This document shows, one piece after another, positions 1 through 11,545 of a DNA stretch of 64,000 nucleotides. The position numbers and the translations under genes were made by a program. This DNA comes from Octopus bimaculoides (lineage: Eukaryota), in the NCBI RefSeq assembly GCF_001194135.2, contig NC_068996.1, positions 6,025,202 through 6,089,201 of the forward strand, in the 5' to 3' direction. The notes below the pieces were generated by a model. The model worked only from the letters and a program-made list of their open reading frames with translations, had not been told where the DNA came from and searched no databases. How positions within the stretch are numbered: the stretch's first letter is position 1; every line of letters starts with the position of its first letter.

Positions 1-2805
1 TGTCTCCTCCAGTTAAGAATATTTCATACAACATTAACAAAAAACTAAGTAGTGAACCTGAAACATACCAGCAAGAAACGATGAGACAAAGATATTCTAC
101 AATTTAACACGTACCCAACAAACATACCTCCACTCCATCTAGGAGGAGGGAAGCAGATGAAACGCAAGAAGCTGCTGCAACAGTATGTCAACCCTATGTC
201 AGAGTCCACTCAGAAAACATCCAGCACAAGATCCACAAGATGGATTGATAGAAATACATTGAATGATACATTTGGAAAGCTCAATTTCAGTAAGAAAAAG
301 AGACTCTCTTGTGTAGTGTTTGTTAATAATCTGGTACATCAGCTGATTTTATCCTAAAAACAATAAAAATTTGATTCCACTGGACTTTATGAAGGATCCA
401 GGTTCCAACAAAGATAAAAGTATTTCCAATCACTTCCAAGCATTCGCTGGTAATTAAGAAAGCCCATGAAAATGAAGTACAGTGTTTTAAGGACAACTGA
501 AGAATGCACATCTCAACTCTTCCAAGAAAGCCAGAACAATTGCAAAGTTTGCAGAGAAAATCATGATTCTTGATACCAATGTGACCATGTTGTGAAGAAT
601 CAATTTCCTCTATGTAGACACTATAAACTCAATTTCCTCCTCAGCTTCATAGAAGCAATGATAGTTCCTGAGGCAGTTATGGATATAAACGCATCTCAGT
701 TTCCATTAAAACAAAAACCTGTTCCTCACTCTTCAGCAAGTCATTGATGGCAGTACAATTGAAACAGCACATATAGGGATCAACTTTAATGCAAAAGTCT
801 CTCCCTGTATCACTACAGAACAAAGCAAAGCATTTTCCTTGAATTTGAAACAAGTGTTTGCAGGGCAAGCAAAAATGGTTGATCAAACAAGAAACATAGC
901 GATAACGACTGGATAGGAAAACTGTAAGGTTTTCTTCCTTCTCAAATACAGACTTCGACAAGGTAAAAAAAGGAAATCTCTGAAGTTGGACTAAAAGTCA
1001 GGTTTATATGCAGTCTTTGACCAAGATGAAATGGAGATCCACAAAATGGATTTACACAAAGAAAAGCATTGAACGATGAATTTATAAAGCTCAAAATGAG
1101 CAAGAAAGACGGGCTTTTTATCAGGTAGTTGAAAATTGTATACTAGATCCAAGAAGGTGACTTCACCAGACCTAAATAACATTCCAAGTTCAAAAGAGAA
1201 AATGTGAACTCCATGTTGGATGTCTGAGAAAACTTAGAAAAATGTCCTCCACAAGATCGATTTAAACAATGGATGGTATGATGAATTTGTAAAGCTCATA
1301 TTGAGCAAGAGAAAGAAACTTTCTGGTGTGGTATTTGCTAATAATGTAGCACAATAGGGATGTGCATTTGTCCTCATGAAGAATCCGGATCTAAGGAAAT
1401 AAATGTATTTCCCAGAGTCTTGATTAGTTACAGATAAATACATGTTTCAATTTTCATTAAAACACCAATGTTTTCCAATCTTTTTAGTGATTAATTAATG
1501 ACTGTAATATTGAGACTGCATTAAAGTCGATGCCTACATAGTATGATTGTTTAGTACTCTATGGAACAACGTAAAGCAAACAAAACAACAACTTCATAGA
1601 TTGAGCTTCACCAAGAACCGACACATACAGCTGATATTCAGTCAAACTAAGATCCACAAAATGTACTTGCACTAACAAAAATATTGAAATGGGAATTTGC
1701 AAAGATCAAAATGAGCAAGAAAGACAGGCTTTCTAGCAGAGCAATTGCAAGTTACCTATCAGATCAGGAAGCCAAGTTTGTCACAAAAACAACAAGAAGC
1801 AGATTTCACTGGACCTAATTAAAGATCTAAGTTTCAAAGAGAAACACCACTGGGCCTTGTGAATTATCCAGATTTAACAAAAGAAATAAAGACTTATTTC
1901 CCATCACTACAAGAATTCACAGGCAATGGCAATATGCTTCCGCCTCGTGGGCTTATTAGAGAAACAGCAACTTCAAAGTGGGCTGAGAATCAACCTGAGA
2001 TCCATAAGATGGATTTGCACAAACAAAAATATTAAATCATTATTACCTGAATGTCAAAATTGGTAGCATCGTAATTGCTAATTACCTAGCAAACCAGGGA
2101 GCCAAGTTTTCCTTAAAAATAAGAATGTAATCTCATTGGGCCTCAGAAAGATCCAGAATTAAGAAAAAAATTAAAATATTTTTCATATTAGAGAAACAGC
2201 AACTTCAAAGTGGGCTGAGAATCAACCTAAGATCCATAAGATGGATTTGCACAAACAAAAATATTTAATCATTATTGTCTGAACGACAGGTTCTGTAGCG
2301 TTGTAATTGCTAATTACCTAGCAAACCAGGGGCCAAATTTTCCATATTAGAGAAAGAGCAACTTCAAAGTGGGCTGAGAATCAACCTAAGAACCACAAGA
2401 TGTATTTGCACAAACAAAAATATTAAATCATTATTCTTTAAAGCTCAAATTTAGCAATTACAATGCTACAAATTCTGTCATTCTTGCTCATTATCTAGCA
2501 GACCAGGGAGCTAAATTTTCCATAAAAATTGGAAGAATGTACTCCCACTGGGCCTGAAGGAGGATCCAGCTTTAAAAAATAAAAGTATTTTCTATATTAA
2601 AGAAATGGCAACTCCATAGAGGGCTGCGAATCGACGTGATATCCACAAGAGGGATTTGCACAAACAAAATTATTAAATCATTATTACCTGAATGTCAAAA
2701 TTGGTAGCATTGTAATTGCTAATTACCTAGCCAACCAGGGAGCCAAATTTTCCATAAAAATAAGAATGCAATCTTCCTGGGCCTCAAGAAAGATCCAGAA
2801 TTAAG

Positions 2806-3129
2806 NNNNNNNNNNNNNNNNNNNNNNNNNNNNNNNNNNNNNNNNNNNNNNNNNNNNNNNNNNNNNNNNNNNNNNNNNNNNNNNNNNNNNNNNNNNNNNN
2901 NNNNNNNNNNNNNNNNNNNNNNNNNNNNNNNNNNNNNNNNNNNNNNNNNNNNNNNNNNNNNNNNNNNNNNNNNNNNNNNNNNNNNNNNNNNNNNNNNNNN
3001 NNNNNNNNNNNNNNNNNNNNNNNNNNNNNNNNNNNNNNNNNNNNNNNNNNNNNNNNNNNNNNNNNNNNNNNNNNNNNNNNNNNNNNNNNNNNNNNNNNNN
3101 NNNNNNNNNNNNNNNNNNNNNNNNNNNNN
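2806..3129. other. Assembly gap; others at 8765-9655, 10883-10982, 32517-32526, 32806-32834 and 51419-52011
   Basis: N runs. Confidence 0.99.
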
Positions 3130-3469
3130 AAATCATTATTACCTGAATGTCAAAATTGGTAGCATTGTAATTGCTAATTACCTAGCCAACCAGGGAGCCA
3201 AATTTTCCATAAAAATAAGAATGCAATCTTCCTGGGCCTCAAGAAAGATCCAGAATTAAGAAAATAAAAACATTTTTCCATATTAGAGAAACAACAACTT
3301 CAAAGTGGGCTGAGAATCAACCTAAGAACCACAAGATGTATTTGCACAAACAAAAATATTAAATCATTATTCTTTAAAGCTCAAATTTAGCAATTACAAT
3401 GCTACAAATTCTGTCATTCTTGCTCATTATCTAGCAGACCAGGGAGCTAAATTTTCCATAAAAATTGGA

Positions 3470-4870
3470 AAGTGAGAGGCCTTACTGCAGATGACATCAC
3501 TATCATAATATCCAGTTGCTACCACCTGCGACAAGTGGGTGATGTCAAAGGAATACGAGACAGTAGCAAAAGCAAGAATAAACCAAGAGAAGTCAGTCGG
3601 CTTGCAACTCGGTACCTGGAGAGACAAGTCAATGCCATCATACAACGTGGTGGTGTGGTGGATGGACGTTCCAGTGAAAATGTCAGTGGTTTCTTTTGGT
3701 CCAGACCTCCAGATAGAAACTAGATGAAATAACGTACCTGCTGAACACCCTTCAAAATTGCTAGGCCTTGTGCCGAAATTCAGAGCAAAATGCTTAGCAG
3801 CAGTTAGTTGTTACATTCTAAGTCCCCCACCCCACGTCTAATCTGAAATTACTGTACTTGAATCAATGTTTAAAACCATTATTTACCCAGACCTGGTCTG
3901 GAAGGCAGCTGTTCCTGAAATATAGGACAGCAGTGGTGGCAGATGGTCTGTCTGTGAATTTCATTCTTCCACAGTTCACGTTTTCAGTGAACTGGAACCA
4001 TGGATCAAGTGGAGACCCAGGCTGTGTGAATGGCATGCAGAGTGCCGTGAGGCTCTCTGGCTCCTCTCCCACAAGGGCAATGTTAGCGGCCGGGGTTCCA
4101 CAACATTCTTCTATAGAGGGTTGGTAGAGAGCGAGTGTGACGCTAACCTGGGGAGAACTCTGGGCTTTAATGAACGTCAGCCTGCCAGTCTGTTTTGGAG
4201 AATTAGCGGGCCAGGACCTCTGGATAATTACCAGAAATCCCTAGCCTAGCAATGTTACCAGGGTGCCCTGCCCATTCAGGATAGGTTCTATAGACATGGC
4301 CAATTTTCGTTGCCATCTTGTCTGAGATGCAGGCGAAGCAGTGAAACTGTTTTCCACGCATTCATGCAATCTCCAATGTTATTGGATCTATGTAACTACA
4401 CCAAACCTGTTGTCACATCTGGGAAGAGTACAGATGCCGGCCAAGTCTATCATCATGATAGTCTAGCCACCTTCCCTTAACAAAGAAGGAAACATTTGCA
4501 CGCTTGTCGTGACAATGACGAAAGAGGCAATCTGGAAGATGAGAGCAAAATGTATCGAGACAGGCACCTTCATATCCAGCTTTGGGTTGGTGATCTTTTT
4601 CCGCTTCCACCCGAAACGGAAAAAAAGGCTGGAGAGCTTGCTGGGAGTGAATGGCCCAACCTAAAGGAAGCTATAAAGGTATGAAAATGTTTCAGTGGCA
4701 GTGTGTGGGGTGTGGGACCCCCCATCTTTCCCACTTTTTTCATTTCTAATTTAGGCATTGTACATATTTTTAACTAACTTTTAATTTTGTTAATTCCCAC
4801 ACGTTATGTACGTGGTTCAGCAACACCCCTCCCCCTTTCTTTGTGCACTTGTCTGTCCTTGTTTGTCCCC
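3470..4870 (+). mobile_element. Tx1/L1-clade non-LTR retrotransposon fragment (3' RT region and 3' UTR)
   Basis: Peptides AKARINQEKSVGLQLGTWRDKSM and FGPDLQIETR, plus GPGPLDNYQKSLA...GALPIQDR, are typical of Tx1-like ORF2. Multiple frameshifts; it truncates one array unit at about 3470. Confidence 0.7.
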
Positions 4871-5714
4871 CATGTTGTCCCTTCATGGTAATAAAAGAAA
4901 TAATTCACAGAAGATGACAATGTGCTTCTTTGTGGATTTACTTTTCGCTAGAAAGAGTTTTGTAGGTAACTGGTGCATACACACCAAAACTCTTTCCAAG
5001 GAAGCCAGAACAATTGCAGAGCATGAGAGACTGAGAGAAACATGATCCTTGGTGTCAATGGGACTATGTTGTGAAAAATCATTGCTTGTCTCCAATGCAC
5101 TTTCTCTATATAGGAATTAGGAATTCAATTTCCTCATTGGCTGCCACAGAAACCATGGGTTGTGCCTTGGAGAACAGGTTCCCTTCTCTTAACCCAATAG
5201 ACCCCTGGTTGTGTTTTTGCTCCTACTAATTTGGACATGAACTTGCTGGGAATCATCTGACTGAGCATATGAAATGTTCAGCATGTAGTCGACACCCATA
5301 GCTTACAGTTACATACTGTCCTTCTCTTCCAGATTGTGAAAGCTTACCATAATGTTTAATCTAAATACAGTGAAATTTTAAGTCACCAGGTCTTACAAAT
5401 TCAAGTAATTATTGTATATCGTGTTTAATTCAAGCTTTCTAATGCTTTGAACCTGATGACAAAGGATCATTTTACTCACAACTAAAATATCTATTAGTAT
5501 TACTAGCTTGAAGTAGTTCATATGAAAGCTTAAGAAAAATCTTTTGACAATGCATAAACATAACAATGGGCGCCCTACCTTTATGTGCTTGTCTGTCCCC
5601 TCTGTGTGTTATCACAAAGGCAAGACATAAGTCTAGGCATTAACATATATATGTGTGTGTGTGTATACGCATACACACACACACACACATACTGTACATA
5701 TATTTTTGCATAAT

Positions 5715-6010
5715 AAACTTCAGTTTGTCTTTTACTCTACCACATTGAATGAAATTTTGCTGAAGAAGTTAGTATGAGACACTAACCGTTCGTGACCTCA
5801 CCACAGACACGCCACCAGATGCTACCTACAAGAGTGTAAAAGAGCAGGTCCTTTGTAGGAATTCGAAATCCAACAGCTGCTTTCTCACTCTTCCAGAGGA
5901 CGAATATTTGGGAGATAGGACTGACCAAATTTTTACATAGGATTCGCGAGTTGGCTGATGGCTCCAAAGGGGAGAATTCATTTATAAAACATTTTAGTCG
6001 TCCCCACAAG
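5715..6010 (+). mobile_element. Ty3/gypsy gag fragment
   Basis: Hand translation VRDLTTDTPPDATYKSVKEQVL...YLGDRT..FLHRIRELADG resembles the gypsy gag motif VRDLI..PP...Y..LK..L...LGDRxPSQFLR.LREL. Confidence 0.6.
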
Positions 6011-6259
6011 GATGCACTACAGAACAAGATAATTTTCAGCAGACAAATATTCCCACATTAGAGACCTAAGATCCACAAGATGGATTTGCACAAACAAAAA
6101 TATTAAATCATTATTCTTTAAAGCTCAAATTGAGCAAGAATGACAGGATCTGTAGCATTGTAATTGCTAATTATCTAGCAGACAAGGGAGCCAAATTTTC
6201 CATAAAAATAGGAAGAATGTAATCTCACTGGGACTCAAGATCCAGATTTAACAAAAAAG

Positions 6260-6475
6260 GAGTTAGGGGTAATGTGGTTGCAGAAATTGTCTGACAGCCA
6301 TGACTGGATTCTCCTGCTTGTGTGGCATTGTGCAGAGTCCTGTTGCCAGACTCTTCCAACAGCCACCCTCCTGGCTATCTTCCAGCAGCCACCCTCTTGA
6401 CCAAGAGTAGCACTACCTCTTCCATGTTGAGTCTGAAACATAAGGGAAGATGAATGGAAGCATAACATCACCATT
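6260..6475 (-). mobile_element. Tc1/mariner superfamily (maT/DD37D-like) transposase fragment
   Basis: RVWQQDSAQCHTSRRIQSWLSDNFCNHITPN contains the QQDSAxxH catalytic motif. Confidence 0.75.
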
Positions 6476-6639
6476 CCTAGTGATCACTCCAAACACCATG
6501 ATGTTGACTGAATGTTTGATTTTCATCATTCTTGGTACATGTTTTGGGAACATGGCAAGTCTTCAGATTGACACCCAAACATTCTGAAATGTTCATAGTG
6601 GAGACAAGTATTCCCACATTAGAGACAAAAATTCTAAGT

Positions 6640-6985
6640 GTAAAAAGTCCTAGGCACTGGAATGTGGAGGATATGCCCTCAAAAAATGAAACCAGAGAAG
6701 TGGGGCTATAAAGATCTACTAGCATTTACATGTCAAACTGTACAGTATCTTTTGAAGTATGGAACACCATTCAGGAATCCCAGAAGACAAAAATTGCTTG
6801 TTGCATCAAGAGCAAGTATCAATGAGGAAAGATATGACAACATAGGTTATGATATATCAAAGAGTGAACCAGAAAATCATTGACGATGTAGGCAATGCAA
6901 GAGTCAAAATATACATGTGCTGGAAATGCAGAGTTCCTATGCATGTCAACTGTGCCTCTGATTATCACAGAATCCAGTGTTAGTG
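6640..6985 (+). mobile_element. piggyBac transposase C-terminal fragment
   Basis: MWRICP..MK...DLLAF, then ERYDNIGYDI...RCRQCKS..CWKCRVPMHVNCASDYH (Cys-rich C-terminal domain), with a stop and a frameshift. Confidence 0.75.
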
Positions 6986-9900
6986 AAGTTTTGGGAAGAA
7001 GTCCTGAGAATCATCTTATATTACATAACAGAAAAGAAAAAAGGTTACATTTAGATAGAATGTATATTTAATGTTTTGTGATATTGTATTATGCTGTATT
7101 ACAATGATAATTATAGTTTCAAAGTAAAATCTTCATAAAGATTTCAATCAGTTCTATATTTTGTTTAGATAAGAATGACCACGTATTTGAAATAATGAAA
7201 ATTAAACTAATCTCAATGTTTGCTTTAATTTTCATTAATCCAAATATTTTCCCTAGAAATAGAAAGAATGAGTGTAAAATGCTTCAGTTTTATTTGAATT
7301 AGTAAACATTTTTGATGTAAGATTTTTTTTTGTATAATGATACATTATGTAACCTGTGGCCCACCGCTGCACTAACGAAACATGTACTAGGGCTGGTGTG
7401 CCCATTGTTGCATTAATGTAATACACATAAATTTATAATAACTTCTTACATGTTAAATTAGTCAAAATAATCAAGTGCTATGTATCATTAAACATAATAT
7501 CTACCATATATGTGAAAGATAACCGATTCCTAAGACTTATTTTTTTTTTTTTAAAGAGCATACACGGGTTAAGCAAGCCATTAATTACTAGTATATAAAT
7601 CCACAAGAGGTATTTACACATACACAAATGCTGAAAGATGAATTTGTAAAGCTCAAATTGAGCAAGAAAGATAGATCTTGTAACACTGTAGTTGCTCATC
7701 TAGCTCATACAAGAGCCAAATTTATTATAAAAATAATAAGAAGCAGACTCCATGGGACCTCATTAAAAGTCTAAAATTAAGAGTAAAATGTATCCCCATC
7801 ACCATAAGTATTCACTGATAATGACAATGTAAACACATTTTCCATTGGTTATATTAATCATGTCTGTTTTAATTCTACCAATACATTAGACCATCAATCG
7901 TGTCTTCACTGAAGACCATGCGATAATAGAATAAACAGAAAATGCAAGATCCTGAGAATGAACTGCAAAAGAAGTATGATATGTTGGAAAAATATGAATA
8001 TATACCAGCCTTAGTCTAAAATGTTAAATGGATATGGAAAATTGTTTGTCCAAAGAATGAGCCATATCCATTTGCCTCAAGAACATCTAGGACTTCAACA
8101 ACATCAAAATGAAACTATCCAAAATGCTGGTAAAGACAGTTCTGATGTATTATTAAAATTGTCCAAGGTCCATGCGATTGATTTACGCAAACAACAATAT
8201 AAACAGATTTTTAAAGCTCAAATTGAGCAAGAAAGAAAGATCTTGTCATGCTGTAGCTGCTAATAATCTAGAACATATGGGAGCAAAGTTTATAAAATCA
8301 GTAAGAAGCAGACTTCACTGAACCTCATTAAAAAATAGCTTCTTAGATGCTTTCCATTATTCTTAGCTTTTAAGCTCTGGTCCCTGACGAAGCTCAACTG
8401 AAGATTCATAAGATGGATTTGCTCTAACAAAACACTGATAGGGGAATTTGGAAAGTCCAAATTGAGCAAGAGTGGCAGACTTTCTGATATAGTATTTACT
8501 AATAATCTAGCATGTCAGGCAGCAAACTACCATAAAAAGTAGAAATATAACCCCACTGGGTCACTTAAAGGATCCGGATTTAACGGAAGAAATAAAAACA
8601 TATTTGCCATCGCTAAATGCATCACATAGAATGATGATGTGGTTCCTCTTCATGGGCTCCCTTATCAGTAGAGATACAGAGATTTGAGGGTAACTGAAGA
8701 ATACATCTGAGAATTCTTGGCAAGGAAGCCAAAAGAATTGCTGAGCATGAGAGACTTAACAGAGNNNNNNNNNNNNNNNNNNNNNNNNNNNNNNNNNNNN
8801 NNNNNNNNNNNNNNNNNNNNNNNNNNNNNNNNNNNNNNNNNNNNNNNNNNNNNNNNNNNNNNNNNNNNNNNNNNNNNNNNNNNNNNNNNNNNNNNNNNNN
8901 NNNNNNNNNNNNNNNNNNNNNNNNNNNNNNNNNNNNNNNNNNNNNNNNNNNNNNNNNNNNNNNNNNNNNNNNNNNNNNNNNNNNNNNNNNNNNNNNNNNN
9001 NNNNNNNNNNNNNNNNNNNNNNNNNNNNNNNNNNNNNNNNNNNNNNNNNNNNNNNNNNNNNNNNNNNNNNNNNNNNNNNNNNNNNNNNNNNNNNNNNNNN
9101 NNNNNNNNNNNNNNNNNNNNNNNNNNNNNNNNNNNNNNNNNNNNNNNNNNNNNNNNNNNNNNNNNNNNNNNNNNNNNNNNNNNNNNNNNNNNNNNNNNNN
9201 NNNNNNNNNNNNNNNNNNNNNNNNNNNNNNNNNNNNNNNNNNNNNNNNNNNNNNNNNNNNNNNNNNNNNNNNNNNNNNNNNNNNNNNNNNNNNNNNNNNN
9301 NNNNNNNNNNNNNNNNNNNNNNNNNNNNNNNNNNNNNNNNNNNNNNNNNNNNNNNNNNNNNNNNNNNNNNNNNNNNNNNNNNNNNNNNNNNNNNNNNNNN
9401 NNNNNNNNNNNNNNNNNNNNNNNNNNNNNNNNNNNNNNNNNNNNNNNNNNNNNNNNNNNNNNNNNNNNNNNNNNNNNNNNNNNNNNNNNNNNNNNNNNNN
9501 NNNNNNNNNNNNNNNNNNNNNNNNNNNNNNNNNNNNNNNNNNNNNNNNNNNNNNNNNNNNNNNNNNNNNNNNNNNNNNNNNNNNNNNNNNNNNNNNNNNN
9601 NNNNNNNNNNNNNNNNNNNNNNNNNNNNNNNNNNNNNNNNNNNNNNNNNNNNNNNCAGAGTTTGCACAACAACCTCAACCACTTTAGTGTCCCCTGATGT
9701 AATAAATGTAAAGATTATGGGCTGAAGACATCCATAGGCCATAAATACAACTTCAGAGTAGAGTATCACAAGTTCAATTCCCATTACCTATGCAGCATAA
9801 AGAGGATTCCTCATTTCATACAACATTGACCAAAAACAAAGTTGTGAACCTGAAACATACCAGCAAGAAATGATCTAAGAAACACAAGAAATTCCTGCAA

Positions 9901-11289
9901 CAATATGCAGACTCCATGTCATACCTCTCAGTAAACTGAGAAAACTTACACCCTACACAAGATCCACCATATGCATTTGTACAAACATGGAATGATGAAC
10001 TTGTAAAGCTTTAACTGAAAAAGAAAGAAAGATTCTCTGGTGTACAATTTGCTAATAATCTAGTACAATAGGGAAGTCCATTCAGCCTCATGAAGAAAAC
10101 GGATCTAAGAAAGAAAATAAAAGCATTTCCCAGGGTCAAAGACGATTCCTCATTGGTATATCCATCTGGTTCACCAGTTCCATGTCAAATAGTCCAACCT
10201 AAGCTAGCATGGAAAGCAGACGTTAAATGATGATGAATGACCAAAAACTAAGTAGTGAAGCTGAAACATACAAACAAGAAATGATCAGTCTAAGAAATGC
10301 AAGAAGAATCCAGCTAATTGGTGCTGGAAGCAGAGCATGGCTTGTGGGGTCACCAGGTCCTACACTACATAGTTTTCCTCATTGAAATTTTTAGTTCTCA
10401 AGATCAACCAAAAACAAAGTAGTGAACCTGAAACATACCAGCAAGAAATGAGACTAAGTAAAGGACTCCCTACAACAGAAAAGTGGCTGCTTCAAATGAG
10501 TTAATGAATAGAAGGCCCAAAAGCAACACCTGTTTCTAAAATGGAACCAGAACTCAGAATGTAAAGACAGACAAAATGCCGCTAAGCATTCTGACCAATG
10601 ATTCTGTCAGCTTGCTGCCTCTATTTGTATGGCTCTCCATTTTATTGCCCAAAGATATCCTCAAGCAAAGCTGTTCAAAATTATTGCACCTGTATACGGT
10701 AAATCTACCATCAGACAACAGTATTGTAACTTCAATTCCTTCCATCCATATAATATAAGAGGGCTTGCTCATTTCATACACCATTGACCAAAAACTTAGA
10801 AACGCAAGACAATCCGGCAATAATATGCAAACTCCATGCTAGACGTCTTGGAAAACTTACAAAACATCCTACATGAAATCCANNNNNNNNNNNNNNNNNN
10901 NNNNNNNNNNNNNNNNNNNNNNNNNNNNNNNNNNNNNNNNNNNNNNNNNNNNNNNNNNNNNNNNNNNNNNNNNNNNNNNNNNTATCAGAAAGTCTGCCAC
11001 TCTTGCTCAATTTGGACTTTCCAAATTCCCCTTTCAGTGTTTTGTTAGAGCAAATCCATCTTATGAATCTGTAACGGTTCAAAGATGTTTTTGTGAAGGC
11101 TGCAATTCTCGTGTTCGGGATCACCAGTGTAAGAAATATCGTTCATTATTTAACATTTAGGTTAAATACCTAATTCCTCACATCAAACTTTAAGAAGGAA
11201 AAATGAAGAACGGATAACGCAGTCTCTAAACCAGAAACATAACAATATTTATTCTTGTAGTATATTCAAACAGCATTGGTTATTCGGCT

Positions 11290-11545
11290 GTTGGTCGTTC
11301 CATCACTTGTCCGCTGATCCAGTCACGAGTTAGTTGGGTCTCGAAGAGAGCGATACAAAACACGTCCTTCGTCCACGAAGTTGTTGACGCAAGAGAAAGA
11401 AAAAAACGCGGGAAAACATTGAGATAGTCGAACTACGCATGTGCATGGGACTCTTCCTGTGTTCCTTCCGGAACTAGTCCCTGCACATGCGTGGATCAAA
11501 ACGCAGTAATGGCGACTGTATTTTGGCGCCAAATGACATCACTAC
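11290..11545. promoter_or_regulatory. CpG-rich island with promoter-like motifs and a hairpin
   Basis: Local CpG excess in AT-rich surroundings; NRF1-like GCATGTGCA/GCACATGCG, ETS-like CTTCCGG, YY1-like AATGGCG (11508-11514) and E2F-like TTTTGGCGCC (11521-11530). Confidence 0.4.

Noticed and set aside
530-640. Possible RING finger after the ankyrin-like unit (CKVCRENH..YQCDHVV...PLCR)
   Set aside because: The Cys/His spacing is incomplete and is not kept in the same frame in other copies; too weak to call.
2801-3136. Long ORFs in the track made of X residues (also 8665-9784 and 51304-52131)
   Set aside because: Artefacts of N gaps.
3130-3260. Identical copy of about 2676-2805 across a gap; likewise 32459-32516 versus 32527-32584
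   Set aside because: Sequence duplicated on both sides of N runs is most simply contig-end overlap, not biology.
1950-3470. CRISPR-like regular repeats
   Set aside because: Units are about 150-300 bp, degenerate and lack unique spacers; the context is eukaryotic with no cas genes.
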